Assembly (NCBI RefSeq): GCF_018350175.1
Contig: NC_058369.1
Location: 151,652,001-151,716,000 of the forward strand
Direction of reading: 5' to 3'
DNA length: 64,000 bases
Origin: Felis catus
Lineage: Eukaryota
This document shows positions 13,141-25,935 of this stretch, one piece after another. The position numbers and the translations under genes are program-made. The notes beneath the pieces were generated by a model. It did no database searches and was not told the origin of the DNA. It saw only the letters and a program-made list of their open reading frames with translations. Each line of letters begins with the position of its first letter. Positions within the stretch are counted from its first letter, which is position 1.

Positions 13141-16100
13141 ATATTGAGGACAAAACACAGACAAACACTCAGCAGCTAATCCAAGATTCACAATCTGTTA
13201 GTTGTAGGAAAATTGGGCAAGTGACTCCATATGTGGGGCGACATCGCAGTCCACACAGTTGGGTGGCAATCTAGTCAACCGTAAAGGCCCTGGCAATTGA
13301 AAATGGTCATGAAAATGATGATTTTGGTTTTGGTACAATCAAATCTGGTAGAATCCGGTACACATCCTCTTTTCTTGTCTTCATCTCAGTTACTGAAGTG
13401 TATCAACTATATATATATTTTTAATATTTCTCCCATTGGGGGAAGAATTATGCTCGAGGCCAATGAAAAAGTTGATTATATCTCTCTGTACTTGTGTTCA
13501 CCATCTCCAGCCCTGGAGTTATAAGCTGAGTTTACAAATTTAAACACTTGTTTCTTACAGCCTTTAACCTTAGATTGGCCCACATTCCTCACTCCTTTTT
13601 AAATATGGCCTTTTGACTTCCACTATGCACCAATAAACTTGAATTAGACAGAAAGGGGCACAAGACCTCTTTATAATAACCCCCAACCTTTCTCTGCTTG
13701 AAAAACAAATCAAATGTTCTCTCCACCTGATTCCCTCTTTGGATGACCTTTGGCTTCCCTCTCTTGAAGTAATCAACTTGAATGGTTGAGCTCTGTACTA
13801 TCTGCCCTTGTTGGATTCAGCATTCTTCATGACCCTGAAGGGGCCAAGCAGAAAAAAATGGAGGAATATTAGGCGTGAGGCTGGAGCGTGTGTTGGCAAA
13901 AATGACACTGGCTTTTGACTTTGAAGAGGTTTGTGTTGGAGAGAATGCAGTTCGAAGTCCTTTTTGGTCCTCAGGAACCGGGGGAGTTCTTGACTCTTTG
14001 CAACTGGCAAGGTAATAACACAGTGCTGTGCTAGTCAGTTAAGTCAGAGCTCTGTCTTTTGCACAATTCGTATTTCAAACTTTAAAGAGGCTCACAACTG
14101 AGCTTTCACAAACAGTAGCTGTTTACTTTCTTTCCACTGAAATAATCATCGCAAATATCCCTCTGAGAACGTATATTTTCAGATGCCAGGTAATCAGAGC
14201 TTAGTTGTACTCAGAGGCTTTTTTAGAACAAAATGGAAAATAATTGCTTTAAAGTACCCACTTGTGAGGATTTCTGCTCATCAGTATAATTTCCAGCAGC
14301 CACTGTCTTTCTACCACAATAAATTCACAATGATTCATTAGCTTCTATTGGGGGGATTAAATAGATCATCTTGTTAACGTTAACTTTGATTTTTAAATGG
14401 CTTCACTGATTTCATATTGGAATTACAGTTTTCCCATAAACTAAAATAATACATGTCTCCCCACCTTTAAAAAGTATAGGTAATAGAAGAGGATAAAATT
14501 AGATCTTGGTGAGCCTTGCAGGCTTTAGATAGGAGTTCTCAGTGTATTTACTCTAGGAGCATTTTGATTTCTTCTCTTTTGTCAAAGGAATTTAATTTCT
14601 TCACTATAAGCCTTTGCACACAGAACCCAGCAGTTGGCAAATAATCCTTAGGATGCGGTCTCAAGTACCTTTGTCCAGACATCTCTCTGATAGCAAGTGA
14701 ACAGGATGATTGCTGCAGAAAGCTGCTGGGTAACAAGGCTTGTCAAGAACTTTATGATCTTATTTAACAGATGATCCTAGGTTGATGGGATCATAATTAA
14801 TGTACCTTAAGACTTCTTTGTATATGCGGATATTGGTCAAAAGTGAACAGGTCTTTGTTGATTTTGCTAGTTTTTAAACAGCTTGGGAACTACATCCTGT
14901 CTTTCTCTTGGCCATAAAAATGGTTTGGAATGATTGACTACTTGTGCATCAATGAATTGCCTTGGGTTTCTACTCACTCACGGAGAGTGCAACCCTAGCT
15001 TTCCAAGGTCAGTGCAAGTGGGCATTTAAATCCCCTCCAAGCCGGCATGTGCTCTGAGTGTGTAAATCACCAACTGCATATCCAGTGACTGCCTCTTAAT
15101 GGTACCATCCATGTCCCTGTTCCAATCTTAGCCTCCTCAGCCCATTGGAGATCTCACCCTCTAGTTTCTAGATCGACTGACATAGTCAAAATAAGAAACC
15201 TGAGTAAATAAAAGCCATGACTGCTCATGGGTGTTTAAAGGTTCGAGTTGGAAGGGCAGATAGAGCGTTTTAAGACTGCTTCAAAGATAAATAAACAGAC
15301 CAGGAGCCAATTTAACTATTTTAGGCTGCTTCAACATCAGAGGACAAAACAAAGAAAACTTCAAGGAAAAAAAAATGATTTCACGGGAAGTTATATGGAC
15401 ACAACTTCAAAGAGGTCACTGGGGGCTGAGAAGTGCTTGTTTGTCAACCAGCAGCGGGCCAACCAGGGAGGGAGCCGGAGAGTCTGGCCAGGACCAGAAA
15501 CAATGCATGATATGAACACAGGCTTTAACAAGTTAATATCAAGTGGCCGGAAATCAGGAAAACAGAGCAGACAAATCACACTCTTAACTGGCACTGGGAG
15601 CAGGGGGCTCACTTCACAGCGAAACCAACGTACCCTATGCTGTGTCTAATCATTTGTTCAGCAGGCTATAGAGGTGGCCTATATCCAGCACAGCACCAGT
15701 GATTTATACAACTACAGTGAGGGGAAGCAAGAAGCATTTCTTAAAAAAAAAATCAGTGGGTATTTCTGATTGGTAGTATGGGAAGCAATAACCTAGTTTC
15801 TGAGCTGGCAAAGGAAAAAATAACAAAGTGCCTAATTTGTTTCAGTGCTGGATCATTTCTAGAAGAAATAAGTAAATAAAAGGATCCCCATCAAAGTCTT
15901 TCAGAGTTAAACCAAGGCAATTTTCAGCTGTTTGGATGAATAACCTTAATTCCCATTAATATAAGCAGCATTTGTCCAGTGGTGGAGGATCTGAAACACA
16001 GTGTCGTGCAAATTTAATTTGGTGGAAAGCCTGAGATGTCACTACAATTCTCAAGATCCTGATTTTACAGAATTTTAAAGCTGGAGCTGAATAAACAGGA

Positions 16101-17289
16101 GTACGCTGTGCATTCTGGTAGAATGATTTTTCCCTTAGAGGTGTTTTGTTAATGGAGGTAAGGAATGGGGAGAAATATTTGATTGTATGCTATTGTATTA
16201 GCCTTCTACCCTTGAAACATCAGAGAGTAAGATCTGGAAGAAAGAACAGTTAAGGGATTACAGGGCGGCCATCTGTGTCTTTGATGGAGGATGGACGTGG
16301 GTAAAAGTGGGAGAAGCAAAAATGCTTGCACCTTGCATTTTTCAGAGGTTCTGTAAATATTTGTTGTCTGATTGACTGGCTGAAGGAAAAAATGAAGTAG
16401 ACTTTGTTTTGTGTGCTCATTTGTCCCGTCTCCTTCCTCTGTACCTACTACAATGGTGTTTTTTGTTCACTGCATTTCCAGAGAGCACTTGGCACAGGTG
16501 TCTGATCTCTAGGGGGTGGGCGAGCCAAAGGTCAGGGTCCATAGTTATTCTAGGCATCCACTCACGCTATGAAACCTACTTCCCTTTCTGCACCTTATCA
16601 AACTCTGTGGGATATCTTATTACATTATAGCCTATTCTATAAATTAGCCACCGGTGTAGCTCAGGATTTACCCAAATGAATGAATCTTCTTCACATTTAG
16701 GGTGAAAAATTTGGGGGTGGAAGCTTCCTGAGAAGAACCCAGAAACAACTCAAGATGTCTGCCAAGAAATCAAGATAGCAAAACTCTGGGTTTCAATTCT
16801 CAGTTGAAGTGGAAATTGAAAAGAGAGAGTATTCTCAGTTCAGGGAATAAATTTCCAGCTCAGATAGTTCAGTAACTATATACTGTATTTGATGGGTTCT
16901 CAGGTGCAAATCTGAATGTCTCTGTGTTAGGTTGTATTTTGCCTTTGATAGTGCTGAAAAATTGCTGATGGCCAGGCCATCAGTTTGATTATTTGTCATT
17001 GCCTGAAGTATGAAAACAGCAAAAAACTCACCCCCTCCCCCCCAAAAAAATTGCACAATGACTGTGACAGCGGCTTGGAAGAGAATTCCAAAGAAAACAG
17101 GAGAGCAGTCTTTTAACCCCTAGGAACCAAATAGTTACAGGGAAAGGAGATGCTGTAGGTTCTTCTTGATTGCTTAAGGTTCAGCACCAAAGGATTTTTT
17201 GTTGTAGATTCTTTGTAAGATATACTGCATCAGTAGCACTTTATGGAAAAATCTGTGCATTAACAACTCAGGGTGCAAAAGTAATCTCA

Positions 17290-17552
17290 AGAGTCAGACT
17301 TCGAACGTGAAGACATTTTAAGAAGATGCATTAACCAATGTATTTTAGGTGTCCTTTATCCATATGTATGTACAACAGTAATATATGATAAAAATCTAGG
17401 AGAACTTCTCAGTTTCCATATGATAAAATTCAATCTGATAGGAACACATTATGTCACTGTTTAGTTGGTAGTGTTTTTCTTTCTGGTTGGTACGTAAAAT
17501 AATAGGGCTTCTTAAAAGCAATCTATGGTGTCAAAGTCAAGGACATATGCTA
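17290..17552 (+). mobile_element. Possible old Tigger (TcMar) 3' fragment
   Basis: ggtacgtaaaataatagggcttcttaaaagcaatctatggtgtc resembles Tigger12/13-like termini. Confidence 0.4.
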
Positions 17553-17754
17553 TATTCTTTTAAAAGTTCCATGACAAATCCTCTTTATTTGGGGGTTTAC
17601 AAATTATTCAAAGTAAAACAAACAAACAAACAACCGGTGACTTCAACACGCAAAGCCTAAAATCTAATCCACTGGTAAAGAAATCACATTAAAACTAAAT
17701 AGAATGCAAATGAGGGGCTATGGAAAGAAGGATGGACAAATGTGTTGCTAAAGC

Positions 17755-17861
17755 TGTGTTGCAATTTTAGTTAACAGGCCTTTATTGCATCCGCTGCGCA
17801 TGGAGCGTACTACCCTGGGTTGTTACATTTTCCCTAAAACTAATCTGAGATTCCTTCAGGT
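17755..17861 (+). repeat. 107-bp dispersed direct repeat, copy 1
   Basis: 98/107 identical to 19923-20029 by manual alignment, no indels. Confidence 0.95.
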
Positions 17862-19544
17862 TCTGACAACCTGAAGGCGGAAATAGGCCATTCCTCTCCT
17901 CTGATTGTTCGCTAACCTCACAATCTTTTTTTTTTTTTTTAAAGGAAGGACAAAGTTATTTATAGAGCCTATTAATTTAGCTTAAATGATGCTAGCTACT
18001 GGCCATGTGTAATCAGCTTTTTCCTGCTTTCTACTTGGAAAGTTAGGAGCTTCCATAAGTGCTTCCAATGTCAAAATACAAGTGGGGTTTCCAGGCCACC
18101 TGAAAAGTAGTCAGATTCAGTCCTCTGTGGAGGAGGCCAGTTTTTTGGCTGCTACAAATGCGTGGACAGAGGGAGGCTGTTAACTTGAGAAGTGCCCCTT
18201 AATGCACGTGGAATGGGATTTGAGTATAGTCTTCCGTATTTTCAAGCGCTCAGAGTTCATTCACGGTAAGAAAATTTTAAAAAAGATTTTGAGGGAGATT
18301 GCTGCTGAGAGATTATGGAAGGGATTATTTGGTGGGGACCACTGGAGGGTTTTGTTTTTTCCTGGGCAGCTAGCCTTCTGGTTAATGCAGCGTCCCTTCA
18401 CTCAATTCAGTGGGCCCAACTATGTTGTTCTAAGAGGTCCTGCATGGTCCTGGGTAGACGGGCAGACAGGGAGAGAATTTGGGGTTCTCTCTGGTGGTGG
18501 GACCAACTCTGAGCCCCTGCCACCAACCTGGTGAACCCCCTGGGTGATGTGCTCAGGAAGTGCTCAACCCAGTTGAAAACTACAAAGGACAGCGTCTTTC
18601 CTATTCATAGAGGGGTGCTCTGCCCCGCGTGGGGAGAGCTAGAGATGACTTTCCCTTGTTTGTGAAGTCGTTTCAGATTTGGAGAAAAGTTTCCCAAGTA
18701 GTAAAAAACATTAACATTATATTTACATTTAGAGAACTCTGACTTGGAGCCCAAGACTGATCTTATCTTGAGAGGCAAGATCCTTATCAGCCCAACCTGG
18801 CTCCAGATTTGCCATCCTTCTGTCTTGCACAGCGAGAGCTCAGTCCTGCCCCTGGTTCCCACTGCATGGCCTCACCTGAATCCAGTCGGCTTCATTATCA
18901 GGCCATTCCTGACTACCATCCCTCCTGGACATGTCACTCAAAGTTTGGCACTAGGGCTCCCATTGTTTCCCAGGCCCCACGCCTGCCCATCCCTCCTGTC
19001 CCCACCTTTGGCTCACGTAATAGGGTCTGCTCTGGTGAGCCTGTGCACTCTGCCTCCTCCTGGTCCAGGGCTTTGCGTCTTTCTTGCCAGACCCTCTCCT
19101 CGAGCCTGTTCCTGAATCACAGGCTGTGGACAGGATTTCCAGTCTTACATATCTGATCTCTCCGTACTTTAGACCTCAGGCCTAGATGGCCTGTTGTTAG
19201 GTTTTCATTACATGCTAGAACACTGGGCCATAGTTTGTGTTTCTTTATCCTTTCATTTCACCCGTGTATTTAATGACTACAGCATTTAAACTCACCTATT
19301 CTGATGTGGTTGCATTTTGGCCCATGATTTCTATACCATCTGGACACTCTACATGAGTATATATCCAAGGCATCCACTGTCAGCACCAGCATATAGGATG
19401 GGTTCCCTTATCCCTGCTCACTTTGTGGGTGGGTCTAGAGACTGGCCATGAATCTTTGTATCTTCTCTGATTCAAAAGTACCACAACAGTTATTCTCCAC
19501 CAAGGATGTATTATCTCTGTACTTGTGGGGCCCGTGAGACAGCA

Positions 19545-19765
19545 GGATTGACGTCTGGTTTGGATCTTAGCTCTGCTACTTTCTAGCTATGTGGCCTGGT
19601 ATCTATTCCTTAACTCTGTCTTACAATCCATTTTCCTCACGTGTAATAATGGGGATCATGATCGCTGCCTCATATTTTCTTGCGCACGGGCTAAATGAGA
19701 TGATCCGAAGCTTTTAGCAAAGTGTCTTGTAAATAGTAAATGCTCAATTTGTGGGAGCTATTTTT
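19545..19765 (+). mobile_element. MIR
   Basis: ctggtttggatcttagctctgctactttctagctatgtggcc...ttttcctcacgtgtaataatgggg. Confidence 0.8.
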
Positions 19766-19922
19766 ATTGTTGCAGCTTAGCCGAAGCGATGCACAACCAT
19801 AAATACAATTCCAAACAACAGTGATGTGTGAGAAGTTCAGCGCTAGTGATGGGTAAAATACACTTTGGGAACAGAAGTTCTCAGTGAAAAGGTACGATTC
19901 TCTTGAGGTCTGGAGGAGGTAT

Positions 19923-20029
19923 TGTGTTGGAATTTTAGTTAACAGGCCCTTATTGCATCCGCTGTGCATGCAGCGTACTACTCTGGGTTGTTACATTTTC
20001 CCTGAAATGAATCTGAGATTTCTTCAGGT
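19923..20029 (+). repeat. 107-bp dispersed direct repeat, copy 2
   Basis: See copy 1; lies inside an L2-like fragment. Confidence 0.95.
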
Positions 20030-20130
20030 CCTTCAGCGTCCTTCAGTGACGCTCTAGGCAGCAGTTAGGCTGGACTTTGAAGGATGGGCAGTACTTTGCC
20101 AGAAAGAATGGAGGAATCCATTCGGCGAGG

Positions 20131-20255
20131 CAACGATTTCCCAAATCGAGCACTGCTGATATTTCGGGCTGCATAATTGTTTTTGTTGTGAGGACCTGTC
20201 CTGTGCATTGTAGCATGTTTAGCCCTGGGTGTCCTCTACCGTCTAGAGGGGGGAG
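20131..20255. mobile_element. MER20 (hAT-Charlie) fragment
   Basis: gcactgctgatatttcgggctgcataattgtttttgttgtgaggacctgtcctgtgcattgtagcatgtttagc. Confidence 0.85.
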
Positions 20256-20339
20256 TTAAAAACCTTAGGGTTGTTTTCAGTGCTTTCCCATTGTCATCCC
20301 TGGTCTGTCAGCCTCTACTTTTAAGAATGTGAGGTGTTC

Positions 20340-20534
20340 AGGGCACCTGGGTGGCTCGGTTAAGTGTCACGCTTTGGCTCAGGTCATGATCTCACAGTTT
20401 ATGAGTTCGAGTCCGGCATCGGGCTCTCTGCTGTCAGCGTGGAGCCTGCTTCATATCCTCCGTTCCCCTCTCTCTCTGCACCCACCTCCCGGACTCGCTT
20501 GCTCTTTCTCTCAAAAATAAATACACATTAAAAA
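20340..20534 (+). mobile_element. Can-SINE
   Basis: gggcacctgggtggctcggttaag head and AATAAA tail. Confidence 0.93.
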
Positions 20535-20543
20535 CATGCCTTT

Positions 20544-20671
20544 GGGGCACCTGGGTGGCTCAGTCGGTTACATGTCTGACTTCAGCTCAGGTCATGATCT
20601 CACGGTTTGTGAGTTCAAGCCTGGCGTCGGGCTCTGTGCTGACAGCTCTGAGCCTGGAGCTTCAGATTCTG
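20544..20671 (+). mobile_element. Can-SINE in the tail of the preceding SINE, runs into gap
   Basis: ggggcacctgggtggctcagtcggtta head. Confidence 0.93.
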
Positions 20672-20850
20672 NNNNNNNNNNNNNNNNNNNNNNNNNNNNN
20701 NNNNNNNNNNNNNNNNNNNNNNNNNNNNNNNNNNNNNNNNNNNNNNNNNNNNNNNNNNNNNNNNNNNNNNNNNNNNNNNNNNNNNNNNNNNNNNNNNNNN
20801 NNNNNNNNNNNNNNNNNNNNNNNNNNNNNNNNNNNNNNNNNNNNNNNNNN
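20672..20850. other. Assembly gap
   Basis: N run. Confidence 1.
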
Positions 20851-22991
20851 TTTTTAATGCTCAAAAAAAAAAAAAAAGAACATGACATGTTAGTCTGGTG
20901 TCTCAACTCTAAGTGACCCTCTCTCTCATCAGTCATCCAAAGGACCACGTACTCATCCTGCTAGTATATATTTTGTCAAGAATATTTGGTATTTATTATG
21001 TGTCAGAGGCTGTGCCAAGCACTGAGGATGCAAAATCCTTCCTCAGTCATAGTTTATAACTGAGGCTCAGAGCTCGAAATTTACTCCCTCTTTTATAGTT
21101 TTATACACGCCAGTCGTTTTTCAGAATTCGGTTCCGATTTATGTATAATTCATTTATCACCATAAATCATTCATTAACTTGTTACTACTAATCACTAACT
21201 CATAAAGATTATAATTGCTAGTGTAATTATTAAACATAAAATATTAATCGCCTATACCTCCATTGATTTAATAATTATCATTAACTCCGTGCCTCCTCAC
21301 ATTGGCTGTTTTAGGCCCTGTGCCTTCATACTGAGGGTCTTCTGACCTGCGAGTCTAGGAAAATGCATTATCTGCAGTCCCACGATCATGCATCGAATCT
21401 TGATTGACCCAGGTCCCTTCTAGTTTCTTTTGCCCAACACCCACCTTGTAATTACACCCTGCGGATTCGTTTGTTTTCTTTAGTTACTACCTGGCCCTTG
21501 ATAGCATGAACGTTCACAACCCCACTGAATTAAAAATGCATAAGATTATTATTTTCAGCAACAGCAACGACCACCACCACAAAATTTAAAGGTGCACACC
21601 TACATAGACTTTGGGGGCGGGCCAGTCATGAATGACAAAGCGATGTCTGGCATGTGGGCTTGGGCACAATGCGTGCATACGTAGGCATTCAACCATAACA
21701 AGTGCAAATGGTTCGAGAGCAATTCCATTCTCTAAATGATATCAATTGAGAACTCTTAAACACCACCCACTCTGAGCAGTAGAGGCTTTACAAAAGGCAG
21801 AGAACAGTCAGTCCTCTGCAGTTGCAAGGTGGAAGACGTTGCAAGGCGTTGCAAGGCGAAAGGTGCACGTGCTGCATGAATGTGCACATTAGTCTCCTCT
21901 GATGGGAGGGCTGTGTATCGAAATCTGCATCTCCCGTCAGCTGAGTGACCCGGCGGCCTCTGGTTCTTCTGATGACATTACGCGAAAGGACATCTCAAAT
22001 GGGGATGCTTGCCACGTTGGATAAAACCTGTGCTTGTGTACAACAGTAGCTACTACATCTATTGGCATGCACCCAACTGGAACTTCTGTAATCTAGAAAT
22101 CTGTTGCACGTCCAGATGGTGAAACTTACCTACAACGGTTACCTTTGCTTTCCTTTTAGTACAGTTTTGCCGCTTTCTCATGCTGGAGATTGATATGGAA
22201 CATAAAAATGTTTAGACAGCTCCCTGGGAAACTTTTAAAAGCCATTAATTTGGAAACAATTTTGCTTCTATATTTTATTTCTCAATTGGTTGTGATGGAA
22301 GTAATTGTCACACCCAAAGGGAGAATCGTGACTTCAGGCAGTGCATAAACAGCCACATTCTTTGGAAACAAAGTCTTGTTTTCATGTAAATGCCCTGAGT
22401 TATAAAAAAAACAAAAACAAAAACAAAAAACTCAAGCAGTCTGGAAAGCATAATACCGTGACAGAACCGTTTTTCAAAAATAATCAAAGTTGTCAGGCCT
22501 GTGCATCATATACTTTAATAAGGGAAAAGGACGTATTTTATACATCAAGTCTTTATTGCTCCAAACATTTGATGAAGTCAGTCTGTACCTATATACTAGC
22601 CATTCTTTCCTTAAAGACTCAGCAAAGAAATTCTTGATATTACCAAACACCTGGGACTTCAGTGTCAAAAAAATAAGTTACCCAACCTCTCTGAATTTTA
22701 ATGTGTCATTTTAAGAGTAAAAACAAAAGTCCCTCCCTTGGGGAGCTGTTGGCGGACTAGGAAATAACACATGTAAATCAGCTAGTGTATGTTTTGTGGA
22801 TGCTTAGCAAATGATTACTACTCCTACCTCTTGGTAGGTAGGGTCTGTGTGTATTTATGTTGTAGACCATCAGAAGGACAATAAATTCCGGTCCTTCTGT
22901 TTTTGAATTTGAATTAGAAAAAGAGGCTTCAATGGTATTACAATAGATTTTACCCCCCACTTTGCAATATATCATAAAGGGCTTTGTTCCC

Positions 22992-23180
22992 AGGAGCACC
23001 TGGGTGGCTCAGTCGGTTAAGCATCTGACAGTTGACTTTGCCTCACGTCAGGATCTCATGGTTTGTGGGATTGAACCCTGTTGGGCTCTGTGCTGAAGGG
23101 TGGAGTCTGCTTGGGATTCTCGCTCTCCCTCTCTCTCTACGCTCCCCCTCCCCCCTTAAAATAAATAAATAAACTTAAAA
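22992..23180 (+). mobile_element. Can-SINE (older type)
   Basis: Head, CT tract and tail; TSD gctttgttc / cctttgttc. Confidence 0.93.
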
Positions 23181-23899
23181 AGAAGCCTTTGTTCACAATA
23201 CTGGTCGCTAAAATCTAATCACGTTCCATAAATCTATGGAACTAGCTATAAAACCAGCTAGTTTTATCTATGTAATGCTCAAGAACTATGGCATATGGGT
23301 ATATGAAACTAATTGGTGAGTTGTTTCAAAGTACATCTGGTCTGTACATCTAGCTTCTAGTCGTTTGTACTGCTATTAATTTTTGTGTTTAGAAAATAAC
23401 AATTCAGCAGCCATTGAAAATCTATAAGGAGTGAGGCAATCTGGGGGAGAAAAAGATGAATGTCACATATCTGAATAGCAATTAATGGCAATTCAGTTTT
23501 CCTTAGGGAAGTAAGTGTTCTCCAAATTGCTTTATAAGAACTTAGTCAAAAGCCTAAGAGTTCGTTGAAGACATGACCCCCAACCTGGAAACTGTATTTT
23601 CAGCCTTTTTTTTTTTTGCCACAAGCTTGACTGAATATGGGCCAATGGGGCATGAAAAGCAGTATGTGCGACTTCAAGGTGTGAACTTAAATATCAACTG
23701 CTCTCTTTCAAATTCCTTTTTCATCTTCTTGTGCACAAGTCAGAGATCCTGACCTTTGAGCTGGAGGCAAGAACAGGATGGGTGGGTCTCTGGAGTATAA
23801 ATTCTGGGGAAGAGGGTTCACCTAGATACTTGGGTGGACAAAAAATACCTCCCGTGGCAGATGCTTCCATTTGTACACTAGCATGCATTTCCTTTTGTA

Positions 23900-24290
23900 T
23901 CTTTTAGTATTAGAACCCTTAAATTTTAGCTGGACACATACATGACCATTTGGAGACTACCTTTCCCAGCCTCCCCTGCAGCTATTGGTCGTAGTGCTGT
24001 ATCAAAATGTAGGCCAATGGATGCTTGAGAGGATGGAGCCCCTCCCTGATCCTGAATTTCCTCTTCCCCTGCCAGCGGGCCTGGAATATAGTCATGGTTG
24101 CAAACGTGGTTTTTATGGGCGTGGTGGTAAACCGTTTTTAACCATGTAGATGAGGACAACACCCCAGAAGACGGTGAAGCAACGCATTGAAAGACATGTG
24201 GATTCTTGAATGAGAGCATGGAACACAGTTGTCATGCTAGCCTTGGATGGCTCACTCTATTTTGGGGTATCTTTGTACATAGTAATCTAT
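23900..24290 (+). mobile_element. Old ERVL/MaLR LTR fragment (LTR33/MLT1-like)
   Basis: gactacctttcccagcctcccctgcagcta...ggccaatgga motif. Confidence 0.6.
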
Positions 24291-24315
24291 TCCATGATTA
24301 ACATAAGTCCCATAT

Positions 24316-24790
24316 NNNNNNNNNNNNNNNNNNNNNNNNNNNNNNNNNNNNNNNNNNNNNNNNNNNNNNNNNNNNNNNNNNNNNNNNNNNNNNNNNNNNN
24401 NNNNNNNNNNNNNNNNNNNNNNNNNNNNNNNNNNNNNNNNNNNNNNNNNNNNNNNNNNNNNNNNNNNNNNNNNNNNNNNNNNNNNNNNNNNNNNNNNNNN
24501 NNNNNNNNNNNNNNNNNNNNNNNNNNNNNNNNNNNNNNNNNNNNNNNNNNNNNNNNNNNNNNNNNNNNNNNNNNNNNNNNNNNNNNNNNNNNNNNNNNNN
24601 NNNNNNNNNNNNNNNNNNNNNNNNNNNNNNNNNNNNNNNNNNNNNNNNNNNNNNNNNNNNNNNNNNNNNNNNNNNNNNNNNNNNNNNNNNNNNNNNNNNN
24701 NNNNNNNNNNNNNNNNNNNNNNNNNNNNNNNNNNNNNNNNNNNNNNNNNNNNNNNNNNNNNNNNNNNNNNNNNNNNNNNNNNNNNNNNNN
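24316..24790. other. Assembly gap
   Basis: N run. Confidence 1.
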
Positions 24791-25060
24791 AACACCTTTA
24801 CATGTATAACTTCATTCTACTGATTTTTTTTTAATTGAATGCCTAAGGTAGGGTGGTCTTACCTTGGGCTCTGAGGATACAGAAATGAATCACACATTCA
24901 TCAAGACGGGGGCCTAGCTGGAAAAGAAACAGGATTTTTTTTTTAGGATAATTGAAATTTGGGAAGACAAGGCAAAGTGGGGCTTGAAACCATAGACGCT
25001 AGGGTTTCTCTTATGCAGAAGGAGGTCTGTTTCTTTTCCTTTAATTCATTGGTTCCCCGC

Positions 25061-25222
25061 CCATGGTTTTTCAACCAGTAGCATCAACTGCATCTAGAAA
25101 TTTCTTAGGAATGCTAATTCTCAGCCTCCCCAACAGAAACCTACTAAGGCAGAAACACTGAGGCCCAGTTTTAACAAGCCCTCCAGGTGATTCGAAGGCA
25201 TGCCTAAATTGAGAATCACTGC
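25061..25222. mobile_element. MER5A (hAT-Charlie MITE)
   Basis: ttttaacaagccctccaggtgattc...ttgagaatcactg. Confidence 0.85.
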
Positions 25223-25254
25223 TTTAGTCCTTGTAGCAGCTCTGGAAGCTAGTC

Positions 25255-25365
25255 AAGGAAGTTTATAATATACCCATTCTATGTATGGACGAACCAAAGT
25301 TTAGGGGATTAGGAAATTTGCCCGTGGCTAGTGGCAGACTCTGGTTTGGAGTCCATGTTCTGATC
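25255..25365 (-). mobile_element. MIR fragment
   Basis: cccattctatgtatggacgaaccaaagtttagggg...aaatttgcccgtgg. Confidence 0.55.
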
Positions 25366-25935
25366 CAATCCGCATGTACAAGACCAACTTCACTATCCCA
25401 ATTCTCTATTTAAAGGCTTGGAATTGGTTCCATATACAGTATTTCTACACAGTGGCAGCACACATGTGAATTTGAGACCAGGGACGGAATGTGCAATTAC
25501 TGTTGGCTTCTGCAGGTGGTTAGAAAAGACAGGATTTTGCCACAATTACTTTCCCTTGCAAATCCATTCTTTTCTCCAATGCCTGGGTATGTTTCATATC
25601 GACCACACACTGGGCAAAAGTGGGCTCCAGGGCTTTTCGACACAAATCTGTTTTCCATTGCTGAGAGGGTGTTGGCAGCATAAAATGCCCAGAAGGATCT
25701 TTCTGCACAGGTTTATGTGGCCATGGTGACTTAATGATTGCCCTTTATGTGTTCCTAAGTGGTAGATGTCCAGGTGGTCTCAATTCAGAAACAGTACATT
25801 GAAACACTACCGTGGCTGTTCAGAAGGTACCCACACCTCCTTTCTGAGTTAGGTGTGACAGGCACGTCCCACAAGCTGATCTTTCATCATGGCAAAGTTG
25901 ACCTGCATCTGTATTTTTAAAAAGTATGATAAGCA

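Noticed and set aside
24210-24809. Long ORFs spanning N runs (also at 20536-20948 and 39141-39631)
   Set aside because: Artefacts of assembly gaps
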